Positions 6,833-16,540 of a DNA stretch of 34,693 bases are shown piece by piece. Numbering within the stretch: position 1 is the first letter of the stretch; each line of letters starts with the position of its first letter. Made by a program: the position numbers and the translations under genes. The stretch covers positions 1-34,693 of the IMG/VR virus record IMGVR_UViG_3300011335_000154; one strand, 5' to 3'. A model generated the notes under the pieces. That model did not search any database. It was not told where the DNA came from and worked only from the letters and a program-made list of their open reading frames with translations. The DNA is from a virus (Duplodnaviria > Caudoviricetes).

Positions 6833-9800
6833 AATCTTTGATGGTGCAGTAGATGGCATTGCTGACAACTTGTTTAACTCTGTTAGCAATAGTGTCTCTG
6901 AAATCAAAGCGATGCAACAGAGGAAAGCGGCTGAGAATGTTCAGTTAGTCGTCCAAGCACTCAAGAAGATTGATGCTGATATCCGTGAGAAATACGATGT
7001 TGTTACTGAAACCTTTGATAAGCGGATTTCTAACATCAAAGATGGTCAAGATGGTAAAGATGGTAAGAATGGGCGTGATGGTCTTAATGGAAAAGATGGT
7101 CGTGATGGAAAAGATGGTCGTAATGGTCGAGATGGTGCTACTGGCCCACGAGGATTTGATGGCCCTAAAGGTCTAGATGGTAAGGATGGTAAAGACGGAG
7201 AAGATGGTGTCTCTGTAGTCAGCGCTTATATCGACTTTGATGGCAGTTTGATCATCTCTTTATCTTCTGGTGAGTTGATCAACGTTGGTGAAGTTGTTTC
7301 TCCTGATATTGCAGAGAAGATTAAGGTCATCACAAATGGTGGTGGCACAAGTCAAGTAGTCCTTGATACGTTAGCTAGTCTGCAAAACCAGATCAATAAC
7401 ATTGTTAGCGGATTAAGCTATAAAGGTACATGGAACGCTACTACAAACACACCTACTCTTACATCAAGTACTGGAACTAATGGGTTTTATTATGTTGTTT
7501 CAGTGTCTGGAAGCACTAATCTTGATGGGATTACTGATTGGCAAGTAGGCGATTGGGCTATTTACAATGGTACTGTTTGGCAGAAGATTGACCAGACTAA
7601 CCTTGTGACTTCTGTTGCGGGTAGAACTGGTGCTGTCACCTTGTCAAACACTGATATCAGTGGTCTTGGCACGATGTCAACTCAGAATTCCTCTAGTGTT
7701 TCGATTAGTGGTGGAACTGTCTCTGGTATTACAGATTTGGCTATTGCTGATGGCGGTACTGGTCAATCTACTGCGGCAGCGGCTATAACTGCTTTGACTG
7801 GAACACAGACAAATGGTTATTACTTGCGTTCTAACGGTGCTAATGCTGTTTTAGCGGCCATTGTTGCTGGTGATGTACCTACTCTTAACCAAAATACCAC
7901 TGGTACTGCGGGTAACGTAACTGGAACTGTTGGAGTTGGAAATGGTGGTACTAATCTAACATCTTTGACTACTAAGGGTGTTTTATACGCATCTTCTACG
8001 ACTCAAGTTGCTACTGGCACTGGTCTACAGTTTGATGGCACTAACTTAGGTGTTGGTGTAGCTCCTAGTGCGTGGGGATCAATTCATAGAGCAATTGAAT
8101 TTGGTGCTGCAGGATCATTGGCTTATTTTGTTAATGGAAGTGTTAAAAAAACATCTCTTTCAACAAACTCATATAACGCTACAAATACAGGTGCTAGACC
8201 TTATTACAAAGAAAATGGTTTAGCAACAGAATACTATCAAAACGCTGGCGAACACTTTTGGTCTACAGCACCATCTGGTGTTGCGGGTTCAACTACCGCA
8301 ATCGTAAGTGGAAGAACTTATACGAACTTAACAGCGGGTAATCAACCAGACTTTGGTGCGGCTAATGGTTTTGTTGGAACTATCTGGGGTGCAACAAGCA
8401 GTGGAACACTAACTACTGGTACTGTTGTTCAGAACATAGACTTTGTTGAGTCCATGAGGATTGATACCTCTGGTAACGTAGGTATTGGAACATCACCAGG
8501 CTCTAAGTTAGAAGTCAAAGGCACTCTAAGATTAGCAGGTTCAACTTCTGGTTATGTTGGACTAGCCCCCGCTGCTGCGGCAGGTTCTACTACATATACG
8601 CTTCCTAGTGCTGACGGAACAGTTGGTCAAGCCTTGGTGACTAATGGTAGTGGAGTATTGTCGTTTACTGACTTTACATCAGGCGCTTCTGGATCTAGTA
8701 CACAAGTTCAGTACAACAATGGTGGTTCATTTGCTGGTTCTGCTAACCTGACATTTAACGGTACAACACTTACTGCAAATGCGTTAACAACCACATCAAC
8801 AGTCACTATCAATGGCGGTACTGCTAACGGTGTTGGATATCTGAACAGCTCAAAGGTTTTTACAACTGGATCTGCACTTGTATTTGACGGTACTAACTTA
8901 TTAGTTGGTACTACTACATCTACTTATAACAATTCTGGTCGTTCATGTATTGAGTTGAATGGTTCAGCAGACTCATTGATTGCGTTTAAGTCTGGTGGAA
9001 CTTCATCTGGTTATTTGTATGGTGGTTCTGCAACGTTATCTTTGTATGCCACAGGTGCTTCTAGTGTTTTAACTCTTGGTACAAATGCAACAGAAAGAGC
9101 AAGAATTGACATCAATGGTAATCTAGGACTTGGTGTTACTCCTAGTGCTTGGCCATCATCTGTTCGAGCAATTGAAACTCAAACAGGCGCTTTTTATTCT
9201 TACGTTTCTGGCACTACTTCAAACTTTTATATGTTGACTAATGCCTATTTCAACGGCACAAACAACATTTATAAAGCGTCAAACTTTGCAACACAGTACC
9301 TTCAAAGTGCGGGACAGCACATTTGGTATAACGCCCCATCAGGAGTAGCAAATTCAACCTCTATTACAAGTGGTCGTGCTTATGTTGTATTTGCTCTAGG
9401 TTCATCAACATTAGGACAATGGCAAGCATTCTTTAGTGGATTGTCTGCATTGCCTACTGTTGGACAGAACATCACTGCTACTGCTACAGGTACATTGTTA
9501 GGTGGTGGAACAGTAAGCCAAGCTATTACCTTTACTCAGGCAATGACGCTTACGGCTGATGGAAATTTGCAATTAGGTATTACAGGTGCAACATCAACAA
9601 GAAGACTTATTGTTTATGGCTCATTAGGTAGTGCGGCATCTACATCTCTTGCACTTCAAAACTCAACTAGTGGTATAAATTCTACCGATGGTTTCACAAT
9701 GGAACTTGATGGTGTTAATGGATACTTATATAACTATGAAAATGGTCCTGTAATATTTGGCACTAACAACACAGAACGCCTACGCATCGACTCCTCTGGT

Positions 9801-11849
9801 AATGTAGGTATTGGTACTGCAAGTCCTATCTCAAAATTTGCTGTATCAAACGGAACAACTCGCGTTGAAATTGCTCCTAGCTCTACAAGTGTTACATTCC
9901 AAGCGCTAAATGATGCTCGAACTACTACTTCTGAATTGTTAAGTGCAGGAAGCATACTGACTTATTGGACAGGTGCTGCAGGCTCTCAAGCAGAGCGTAT
10001 GCGTTTGGATGGTGCAGGCAACCTTGGATTAGGAGTTACTCCTAGTGCTTGGAGTTCTTATTACAAGCCACTACAAGCAGGAACAAATGGCGCTTTTGCT
10101 GGTGGCAATGATGATTCAGTCTTTACATCAAATGCGTTTTACGATGGAAACTGGAAATACATTACATCAAGTGTTGCAGCTACTCGTTTGCGTCAAACTG
10201 GCGGAACATTTACTTTTTCTACAGCCCCATCAAGCGGTGTAGGGGGAGCAAACACAGCCATTACTTGGACTCAGGCAATGACTCTAGATGCTAGTGGTCG
10301 TCTTTTGGTTGGTACTACAGCCTCCGCCTACACATCTTCTGGTCGTCAAAACCTAGCTGTAAACGGAAGTTCTCAAGCGGCTTACGAATTTCAAGTTGGT
10401 GGAACTGGTGTTGGTTATTTGATTGGAACATCAGCCAACGTAGAGTTTGGTGCAACAGGTTATATTAACTTTGTAACAAATGGAGTAGACCGCGCTCGTA
10501 TTGATACATCTGGCAACCTTGGATTAGGAGTTAGTCCAAATACTGGATGGGCTATTGGTAAAGTTTTGCAACTTACTGCCGTTACAGGCCCTTTCTTGTT
10601 TGGAGCGGCTGGACAAACAATCCTTGGAACTAATGCCTATTACGACACTTCTTGGAAGTATGGTGGAGCAGGCTATGCCACCTACTACCAGCAAGCAAAT
10701 GGCTCTCATAATTGGCATATAGCCGCATCAGGTTCAGCAAATGCTCCTATTACCTTTATTCAGGAAATGACTCTGGATGCTAGTGGTCGATTAGGTATTG
10801 GTACTACAAGTCCTGCTCAAAGATTAGATGTTTCATCAGCATCTTCTTCTGATACCGACTTGAAGTACAACATGGTGGTTCGTTCTACAGACGCATACAC
10901 TACAACACCACAAGCAGGTATTGCTTTTTCAGTGGCATTTAATACTACTCAAAATTTACCTTTGTGTGGTATTTATGGTGGCAAAGAAAATGCTACTTTG
11001 AATGACTTTGCATCAAAGATTTCTTTTGCTACACGAGCTAATGGCGGAAACATTACTGAGCGTGCTCGTATAGACTCCTCTGGTAATTTGCTAGTGGGCG
11101 GTACTACTGCTCTTCAAAGAATTACATCAACAAAAAACATCTCTGCAAACAATGCGGCTGATTCTGGTATCGCTATTCTTCGTTCTGGTACAACTTATGG
11201 TTCTAACCTGTATCACACATATAGCACAACCACCAACACAGAAGCATTTGGCTTAACTGTTAATGACAATACAACCCTTACCGATGCTCAATACACTAAG
11301 TATTTGGTTGGCTCAAATGGTGCTCATATTTGGTATGGAGCTACAACTGCAACGGAACGTGCTCGTATAGACTCCTCTGGTAATTTTCTAGTGGGTACTA
11401 CGACACTAAGAGGTCGTATTACTGTTGAATCAAATAGCCAAACAATAGCAATTCCTATAGTAACTAATGATACTAGAACTGGATCAACTTCTTCTGCATC
11501 AATTCGATTTGATCGATCAGGAACAACTGTTGGAAGTATTACAACAACTGATGTAGCGACTGCATATAACACTTCATCAGATCAACGCCTAAAAGAGAAT
11601 ATCCAAGACGCAGATTTTGCATCTACATTGATTGACGCTTTGCAAGTTCGTAAGTTTGATTGGAAAGCAGACGGCTCACATCAGCGTTATGGTTTTGTAG
11701 CCCAAGAACTAGTAACTGTTGCTCCTGAAGCAGTACATCAACCTGAAGACTCAGAAGAAATGATGGCTGTTGACTACTCCAAACTTGTCCCAATGTTGGT
11801 CAAGGAAATTCAATCACTCCGTAAACGACTCGCAGACGCAGGACTCTAA
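6819..11849 (+). CDS. 1676-aa fibre/receptor-binding protein with collagen-like segment and C-terminal S74 intramolecular chaperone
   Basis: G-x-D repeats; many ERARIDSSGN(V/L)GIGT repeats; SDQRLKENI...GFVAQE...VDYSKLVPMLVKEIQ. Confidence 0.9.
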   Translation: MAIDKIFDGAVDGIADNLFNSVSNSVSEIKAMQQRKAAENVQLVVQALKKIDADIREKYDVVTETFDKRISNIKDGQDGKDGKNGRDGLNGKDGRDGKDGRNGRDGATGPRGFDGPKGLDGKDGKDGEDGVSVVSAYIDFDGSLIISLSSGELINVGEVVSPDIAEKIKVITNGGGTSQVVLDTLASLQNQINNIVSGLSYKGTWNATTNTPTLTSSTGTNGFYYVVSVSGSTNLDGITDWQVGDWAIYNGTVWQKIDQTNLVTSVAGRTGAVTLSNTDISGLGTMSTQNSSSVSISGGTVSGITDLAIADGGTGQSTAAAAITALTGTQTNGYYLRSNGANAVLAAIVAGDVPTLNQNTTGTAGNVTGTVGVGNGGTNLTSLTTKGVLYASSTTQVATGTGLQFDGTNLGVGVAPSAWGSIHRAIEFGAAGSLAYFVNGSVKKTSLSTNSYNATNTGARPYYKENGLATEYYQNAGEHFWSTAPSGVAGSTTAIVSGRTYTNLTAGNQPDFGAANGFVGTIWGATSSGTLTTGTVVQNIDFVESMRIDTSGNVGIGTSPGSKLEVKGTLRLAGSTSGYVGLAPAAAAGSTTYTLPSADGTVGQALVTNGSGVLSFTDFTSGASGSSTQVQYNNGGSFAGSANLTFNGTTLTANALTTTSTVTINGGTANGVGYLNSSKVFTTGSALVFDGTNLLVGTTTSTYNNSGRSCIELNGSADSLIAFKSGGTSSGYLYGGSATLSLYATGASSVLTLGTNATERARIDINGNLGLGVTPSAWPSSVRAIETQTGAFYSYVSGTTSNFYMLTNAYFNGTNNIYKASNFATQYLQSAGQHIWYNAPSGVANSTSITSGRAYVVFALGSSTLGQWQAFFSGLSALPTVGQNITATATGTLLGGGTVSQAITFTQAMTLTADGNLQLGITGATSTRRLIVYGSLGSAASTSLALQNSTSGINSTDGFTMELDGVNGYLYNYENGPVIFGTNNTERLRIDSSGNVGIGTASPISKFAVSNGTTRVEIAPSSTSVTFQALNDARTTTSELLSAGSILTYWTGAAGSQAERMRLDGAGNLGLGVTPSAWSSYYKPLQAGTNGAFAGGNDDSVFTSNAFYDGNWKYITSSVAATRLRQTGGTFTFSTAPSSGVGGANTAITWTQAMTLDASGRLLVGTTASAYTSSGRQNLAVNGSSQAAYEFQVGGTGVGYLIGTSANVEFGATGYINFVTNGVDRARIDTSGNLGLGVSPNTGWAIGKVLQLTAVTGPFLFGAAGQTILGTNAYYDTSWKYGGAGYATYYQQANGSHNWHIAASGSANAPITFIQEMTLDASGRLGIGTTSPAQRLDVSSASSSDTDLKYNMVVRSTDAYTTTPQAGIAFSVAFNTTQNLPLCGIYGGKENATLNDFASKISFATRANGGNITERARIDSSGNLLVGGTTALQRITSTKNISANNAADSGIAILRSGTTYGSNLYHTYSTTTNTEAFGLTVNDNTTLTDAQYTKYLVGSNGAHIWYGATTATERARIDSSGNFLVGTTTLRGRITVESNSQTIAIPIVTNDTRTGSTSSASIRFDRSGTTVGSITTTDVATAYNTSSDQRLKENIQDADFASTLIDALQVRKFDWKADGSHQRYGFVAQELVTVAPEAVHQPEDSEEMMAVDYSKLVPMLVKEIQSLRKRLADAGL

Positions 11850-11863
11850 CTTAAAGGAAAATC

Positions 11864-12157
11864 ATGGCTATTACTTATAACTGGAACATTTCAACCCTAG
11901 ACAGAGATGTCGCTACAGGATTCGTTACTTGCGCTCATTGGCAATGTAATGCAGTAGATGGAGAATACTCTACATCTGCTTACTCTACTTGTGGATGGCC
12001 TGAAGGAACTCCAACAGTACCCTACGAAGAACTGACTAAAGAAGAAGTTTTAGAATGGGTTTGGGAACAAGTTAATAAATCTTCTACAGAAGCATCTTTG
12101 GCAAACCAGATTGACTTGTTAAAGAACCCTGTACAAGCCTCTGGTACACCTTGGTAA
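11864..12157 (+). CDS. Fibre-associated protein (possible chaperone)
   Basis: AAGGA SD; VPYEELT..EVLEWV...GTPW pattern typical of genes following such fibres. Confidence 0.65.
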   Translation: MAITYNWNISTLDRDVATGFVTCAHWQCNAVDGEYSTSAYSTCGWPEGTPTVPYEELTKEEVLEWVWEQVNKSSTEASLANQIDLLKNPVQASGTPW

Positions 12158-12202
12158 CCAGGAAGCCATCACCTGATCTTGATGGCAATTTAAAGGAAAA
12201 TC

Positions 12203-12424
12203 ATGGGCAACAACACAAAAACCCCAGTGACTATTGACGGAATTGAATATCAGTTTGAAGACATGACTCAAGAGCAACAAACTCTTGTCAACCATGTAGC
12301 AGACCTAGACCGAAAGTTAGGCTCTGCTAGATTCAATGTTGATCAACTTCAGGTAGGTAGGGATGCTTTCTTCTCCATGTTGAAGCAATCTATTGAAACA
12401 GTTACAGATGTAGAGCCAAAATGA
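12203..12424 (+). CDS. Small coiled-coil phage protein
   Basis: AAGGA SD; VTIDGIEYQFEDMT. Confidence 0.75.
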   Translation: MGNNTKTPVTIDGIEYQFEDMTQEQQTLVNHVADLDRKLGSARFNVDQLQVGRDAFFSMLKQSIETVTDVEPK

Positions 12425-12660
12425 ACCCCGAGTTGCAACGTTACTACGAGGCAAGGTTTGATTTGTTCTCTCAACAAGGTTGGATTGACCTTATGGAAGA
12501 CATTGATGTAATGTTGGAGGCAACAAATAATGTCTCTACCATTGCTGACGAAAAAAGTTTACAATTTCGCAAAGGCGAGATTTCTATCCTTACATGGCTA
12601 AAAACGCTTAAAAGTGTTAGCGAAAGAGCGTATGAGGACTTGAATGAAAAGAATATATGA
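12421..12660 (+). CDS. Head-module hypothetical protein
   Basis: Overlap-coupled; lies between portal and scaffold. Confidence 0.75.
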   Translation: MNPELQRYYEARFDLFSQQGWIDLMEDIDVMLEATNNVSTIADEKSLQFRKGEISILTWLKTLKSVSERAYEDLNEKNI

Positions 12661-12871
12661 ATTTGTCTGCGAATGTGGACAGCGCACTGAGTCTTTAGTA
12701 AGTTATGAGATTACTGAAGTTAAGTGTGGATGCGGTGGGTTAGCTCATCGTGTCATAAGCGCACCGAAGTTTAACTTAGAAGGTTGGTCTGGGCATTTTC
12801 CGTCCTCTTATGGGCGGTTTGAGCGCAAACATACTGATAAGTTAAATGCCGAGCGCAAAGCCAACTCATAA
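12644..12871 (+). CDS. FmdB-like zinc-ribbon protein
   Basis: IYEFVCECG...CGCGG..HRVISAP...GW. Confidence 0.75.
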   Translation: MKRIYEFVCECGQRTESLVSYEITEVKCGCGGLAHRVISAPKFNLEGWSGHFPSSYGRFERKHTDKLNAERKANS

Positions 12872-12921
12872 GCGATAAGCCGAGTTGATTATCCTACAAC
12901 CATTTTGGCAGGAACATAAAT

Positions 12922-13650
12922 ATGCTGATTGATGACGAAAAAGAGCCGCTTGGCGAACTCGAAGTTGAAGAAAATAAACCTGAACTTCCTGAGAAATACA
13001 GGGCTAAAAGTTTAGAAGAAATCGTACGGATGCACCAAGAGGCTGAAAAGCTAATTGGTAAACAGGCTCAAGAAGTCGGTGAAGTCCGTAAATTAGCTGA
13101 TGAGTTGTTAAAGCAAAACCTCGGATCAAAACAACAGCAAGTAGAGGCTGAACCTGAAGTTGACTTTTTTGAGAATCCTCAGAAAGCAGTTCAGAATACG
13201 ATTGATAGACATCCAGATGTACTTGCCGCCCGACAAGCGGGTTTAGAGTTCAAAAGGATGCAGATTCAACAGAAGTTAGCGCAAGATCATCCTGATTACT
13301 CCCAAGTAGTCAATGATTCTGAGTTCCAAAACTGGGTGAAATCCTCACCTGTACGTCTAGGACTCTATGCAAAGGCTGATGGTGAGTTTGACTATGATTC
13401 GGCTAATGAATTGTTGTCTACCTTCAAACAACTTCGTGGCATCAAGGCAAAAGAGTCTGAACAAGCGGGTAACGCACAGAGGACTAAGAGCATGAAAGCC
13501 GCACAAGTTGATGTAGGAGGCTCTGGAGAGAGTTCAAAGAGAGTTTACAGACGGACAGACCTTATTCGTCTCAAGATGACAGACCCATCAAGATACGAGG
13601 CATTGAGTGATGAAATCATGCAGGCGTATTCTGAAGGGCGTGTTCGATAA
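12922..13650 (+). CDS. Capsid scaffolding protein
   Basis: Acidic and helical; LPEKY..KS; ends AYSEGRVR; immediately before the MCP. Confidence 0.85.
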   Translation: MLIDDEKEPLGELEVEENKPELPEKYRAKSLEEIVRMHQEAEKLIGKQAQEVGEVRKLADELLKQNLGSKQQQVEAEPEVDFFENPQKAVQNTIDRHPDVLAARQAGLEFKRMQIQQKLAQDHPDYSQVVNDSEFQNWVKSSPVRLGLYAKADGEFDYDSANELLSTFKQLRGIKAKESEQAGNAQRTKSMKAAQVDVGGSGESSKRVYRRTDLIRLKMTDPSRYEALSDEIMQAYSEGRVR

Positions 13651-13671
13651 TTTAACTTAGGAAACTTAATC

Positions 13672-14646
13672 ATGGCTAATACCGCATTTTCCCCAACAAA
13701 TAGTGTAACCACTACCTCCGCAGCTAACTTCATTCCAGAAATTTGGAGTGATGAAATTGTTGCCGCCTATAAAAAGAACCTCGTTTTGGCTAATTTGGTC
13801 AAGAAGATGTCTTTCAAAGGCAAAAAGGGTGACACTGTTAACATCCCTAGCCCTGCTCGTGGCAATGCTTCTGCTAAAGCCGCTACAGATGCCGTTACTC
13901 TGATTGCAGAGAGCGACACCAACATTCAAGTGTTGATCAACAAGCACTATGAATACTCACGTTTGATCGAAGACATCGTTGAAGTTCAAGCCCTGACATC
14001 ACTGCGTTCTTTCTACACAGAAGACGCTGGTTATGCTTTGGCTAAACGCATCGACACTGACTTGGTTCAATTGGGTCGTGCCTTCAATGGCGCTACAGTT
14101 GGTACTAACGACTACGCTACTAGCAATACATCTACCAAAGCCTATGTTGGTTCTGATGGTACTACTGCTTATAACAGCACATCTTCAAATGCAGCCGCTT
14201 TGACTGATGCCGCTATTCGTAGAACCATTCAGCGTCTTGATGACAACGACATTCCTATGGACGGTCGTTTCTTCTTGATCCCACCCTCAAGCCGCAACAC
14301 TTTGATGGGTTTGGCTCGTTACACTGAGCAAGCATTTATCGGTAACGGTGATGCGATCCGCAACGGTGAAATTGGTCAACTCTACGGCATGGCTGTGTTT
14401 GCCTCATCTAACGCTGATACTGGTGCTGGTTCTTCTGGCACTGACCGTATCTGCTTGATGGGCCACAAAGACGCTATGGTGTTGGTTGAGCAACTTGGCA
14501 TCCGTTCACAGACTCAGTACAAGCAAGAGTACCTTGGTACATTGTTTACTGCTGATACTTTGTATGGTGTTAAGGCTCTTCGCACTAGCGCTACTAGCAC
14601 TGCCGCTGATGCGTCAGCTGCTTTTGCTTTGGCAGTTCCAGCCTAA
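13672..14646 (+). CDS. Major capsid protein
   Basis: FIPEIWS, GDTVNIP, GYALAKRID, IGQLYG, DTLYG motifs of HK97-fold podovirus capsids. Confidence 0.93.
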   Translation: MANTAFSPTNSVTTTSAANFIPEIWSDEIVAAYKKNLVLANLVKKMSFKGKKGDTVNIPSPARGNASAKAATDAVTLIAESDTNIQVLINKHYEYSRLIEDIVEVQALTSLRSFYTEDAGYALAKRIDTDLVQLGRAFNGATVGTNDYATSNTSTKAYVGSDGTTAYNSTSSNAAALTDAAIRRTIQRLDDNDIPMDGRFFLIPPSSRNTLMGLARYTEQAFIGNGDAIRNGEIGQLYGMAVFASSNADTGAGSSGTDRICLMGHKDAMVLVEQLGIRSQTQYKQEYLGTLFTADTLYGVKALRTSATSTAADASAAFALAVPA

Positions 14647-14656
14647 TTGCAGTTGC

Positions 14657-14688
14657 GCCCCTCATCCTAGTGGTGGGGGGACTTTTTT
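14657..14688 (+). terminator. Imperfect terminator after the MCP
   Basis: CCCC...GGGG stem followed by a T6 run. Confidence 0.6.
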
Positions 14689-14709
14689 AACTTAATTAGG
14701 AGAATTATT

Positions 14710-15036
14710 ATGGCAGCAGCAACAGCAGTCACATCCCGCAGGGGTAATGACCAGTTCCGTGGTCTGTTTACAGATACATGGGACGTTTCTTGTACTCTTG
14801 ATAGCGCATCAGTAGCCACTACTGCTACCGCTACAGATACAATCACAGTGCCAGGCGTTGCTTTGGGCGACATGGTTCTTGGTATGTCAATTGGCGTTTC
14901 TGAAGCAGGTTTGGTTCGTAGAGCCTATGTTTCATCCGCTAACACCGTTACCATTGTGACTTACAACCCAACAGCAGGTTCTGTTGACTTGGCATCTACT
15001 ACCTTGCAATTTATCGTTGCTCGTGCAGTAGTTTAA
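14710..15036 (+). CDS. Putative capsid decoration protein
   Basis: AGGAG SD; small A/T/V-rich beta protein after the MCP. Confidence 0.65.
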   Translation: MAAATAVTSRRGNDQFRGLFTDTWDVSCTLDSASVATTATATDTITVPGVALGDMVLGMSIGVSEAGLVRRAYVSSANTVTIVTYNPTAGSVDLASTTLQFIVARAVV

Positions 15037-15037
15037 T

Positions 15038-15063
15038 AAAAGGGGGCTAATAACCCCCTTTTT
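15038..15063 (+). terminator. Rho-independent terminator (possibly bidirectional)
   Basis: AAAAGGGGG-CTAATAA-CCCCCTTTTT. Confidence 0.85.
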
Positions 15064-15075
15064 AACGGAGTATTT

Positions 15076-15273
15076 ATGGCAACCTTTCGCTGTTTACAAA
15101 GTGGTCAGACTGTAACCTTTGTCCACCAACATGATATTGACTCTATGAAGGGTCATGCGGGTTATGTTCGTATTGATGAAGAACAAGTAGAAACATACGA
15201 AAAGCCTATGGTTTTATCCCCTCCTACTCCTGTAAAGAAGTTAGGTAGACCAAAGAAAGTTGCAAATGTCTGA
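15076..15273 (+). CDS. Hypothetical protein
   Basis: GGAG SD; C-terminal GRPKK. Confidence 0.7.
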   Translation: MATFRCLQSGQTVTFVHQHDIDSMKGHAGYVRIDEEQVETYEKPMVLSPPTPVKKLGRPKKVANV

Positions 15274-15469
15274 AATTGACCCTAGAGAATTCGGTAAGTT
15301 AGAAGCCCAAGTTGAGGCTTTGCAGGCAGAAGTTCATGGACTTCGACAAGATATTAAATTACTGCTTGAGATGGCTAACAAGTCTAAAGGCGGTTTCTTT
15401 GTTGGAATGGCTATCGCCTCTGTTGTTGGCGGTGTCATTTCTTTTGTTGCAACCAAACTAATAAGGTGA
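15266..15469 (+). CDS. Coiled-coil plus C-terminal TM protein (XhlA/holin-like architecture)
   Basis: GKLEAQVEAL...GFFVGMAIASVVGGVISFV. Confidence 0.65.
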   Translation: MSEIDPREFGKLEAQVEALQAEVHGLRQDIKLLLEMANKSKGGFFVGMAIASVVGGVISFVATKLIR

Positions 15470-15473
15470 AATC

Positions 15474-15632
15474 ATGTACGGAAAAGCAAAGATGACCAGT
15501 TCTAAGATGCCTAAGAAGGCCAAGAGTATGCCTGTAACTGTAATGGTTGCTGTTGGCAAACCTCGTCCTATGCCTACTCGTGGTAGCCGTACTGCTACTA
15601 ACATGATGAAGAAATCTGGTAGATCAAAATGA
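15474..15632 (+). CDS. 52-aa basic K/M-rich protein (not in ORF track)
   Basis: AAGGTG SD; MYGKAKMTSSKMPKK...; ATGA-coupled to the next gene. Confidence 0.7.
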   Translation: MYGKAKMTSSKMPKKAKSMPVTVMVAVGKPRPMPTRGSRTATNMMKKSGRSK

Positions 15633-15778
15633 AAAAGACTAAAGCAGAAGCCAAGATCTCTAAGGTCATGCGAGAGTACAAGGCGGGAACGCTTCACTCT
15701 GGCAAAGGTGGCCCTGTAGTCAAGAAGCCTAAACAAACCATTGCTATTGCTTTATCTCAAGCTAGGAAGAAGAAATGA
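15629..15778 (+). CDS. 49-aa basic protein, DUF6496-like (not in ORF track)
   Basis: KVMREYKAGTLHSGKGGPVVK..KQTIAIALSQAR. Confidence 0.8.
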   Translation: MKKTKAEAKISKVMREYKAGTLHSGKGGPVVKKPKQTIAIALSQARKKK

Positions 15779-15921
15779 AACAAGGTCTGTATTCCAATAT
15801 TGCTGCCAAGAGAGAACGTATCAAAGCGGGTTCTAAGGAAAAGATGCGTAAAGTTGGATCTAAAGGCGCTCCTACTGATGCGGCATTTAAGCAAGCGGCT
15901 AAGACTGCTAAGAAGAAATGA
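15775..15921 (+). CDS. 48-aa basic protein (not in ORF track)
   Basis: MKQGLYSNIAAKRERIKAGSKEKMRKVGSKGAPT; ATGA overlaps on both sides. Confidence 0.8.
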   Translation: MKQGLYSNIAAKRERIKAGSKEKMRKVGSKGAPTDAAFKQAAKTAKKK

Positions 15922-16208
15922 AATCCCCTGCTTGGCAAACAAAAGCTGGAAAAAATCCCAAAGGGGGATTGAATGCCAAGGGTAGAGCATCTTATAATGC
16001 AGAAACTGGTGGCAATCTAAAGCCTCCAGTAAAGTCGGGAGACAACCCTCGTAGGGCATCCTTTTTAGCACGAATGGGCAATATGCCTGGCGCTGAGATG
16101 AAAGATGGAAAGCCTACTCGACTTTTACTTTCTCTTAGAGCTTGGGGAGCATCATCCAAGGAAGACGCTAAAGCGAAGGCTAAAGCGATATCTAAGAGGA
16201 ACAAATGA
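15918..16208 (+). CDS. Basic phage protein, DUF6321-like
   Basis: SPAWQTKAGKNPKGGLNAKGRASY...RRASFLARM. Confidence 0.8.
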   Translation: MKSPAWQTKAGKNPKGGLNAKGRASYNAETGGNLKPPVKSGDNPRRASFLARMGNMPGAEMKDGKPTRLLLSLRAWGASSKEDAKAKAKAISKRNK

Positions 16209-16540
16209 GACCAATATCCGTTGGAGTTGAGCCTACTGCGGCAACATTGACTACTGTTTATACAGTACCAACGGCTTACTACGCCAAATTTACTGTCATG
16301 TACATCCACAATACTGGTGGTTCTACAAAGCACATCACAGTAGTTTGGTATGACGCAAGCACCAACACTTCTTACGATATTCTTACTGAATACAACTTCA
16401 CTGCAAAGAACTACCTTCAATTTGATGGCAATGCTTACATTGTCTTAGAAGAAGGAGATAAGATACAAATTACGACTGAAGCTGGCAGTTCATTCAGTTT
16501 TATAGCAACCTTTGAGGTTGAAGGAGTGCAACGACTATGA
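16205..16540 (+). CDS. Putative virion beta-sandwich protein
   Basis: VYTVP...IVLEEGDKI; ATGA-coupled. Confidence 0.7.
   Translation: MRPISVGVEPTAATLTTVYTVPTAYYAKFTVMYIHNTGGSTKHITVVWYDASTNTSYDILTEYNFTAKNYLQFDGNAYIVLEEGDKIQITTEAGSSFSFIATFEVEGVQRL

Noticed and set aside
6819-11849. Diversity-generating retroelement or invertible fibre cassette
   Set aside because: No reverse transcriptase or invertase; repeats are short and direct, without adenine-specific mismatches
15800-15985. ORF-track 61-aa ORF and antisense ORFs in this area
   Set aside because: Shadows of the ATGA-coupled basic genes
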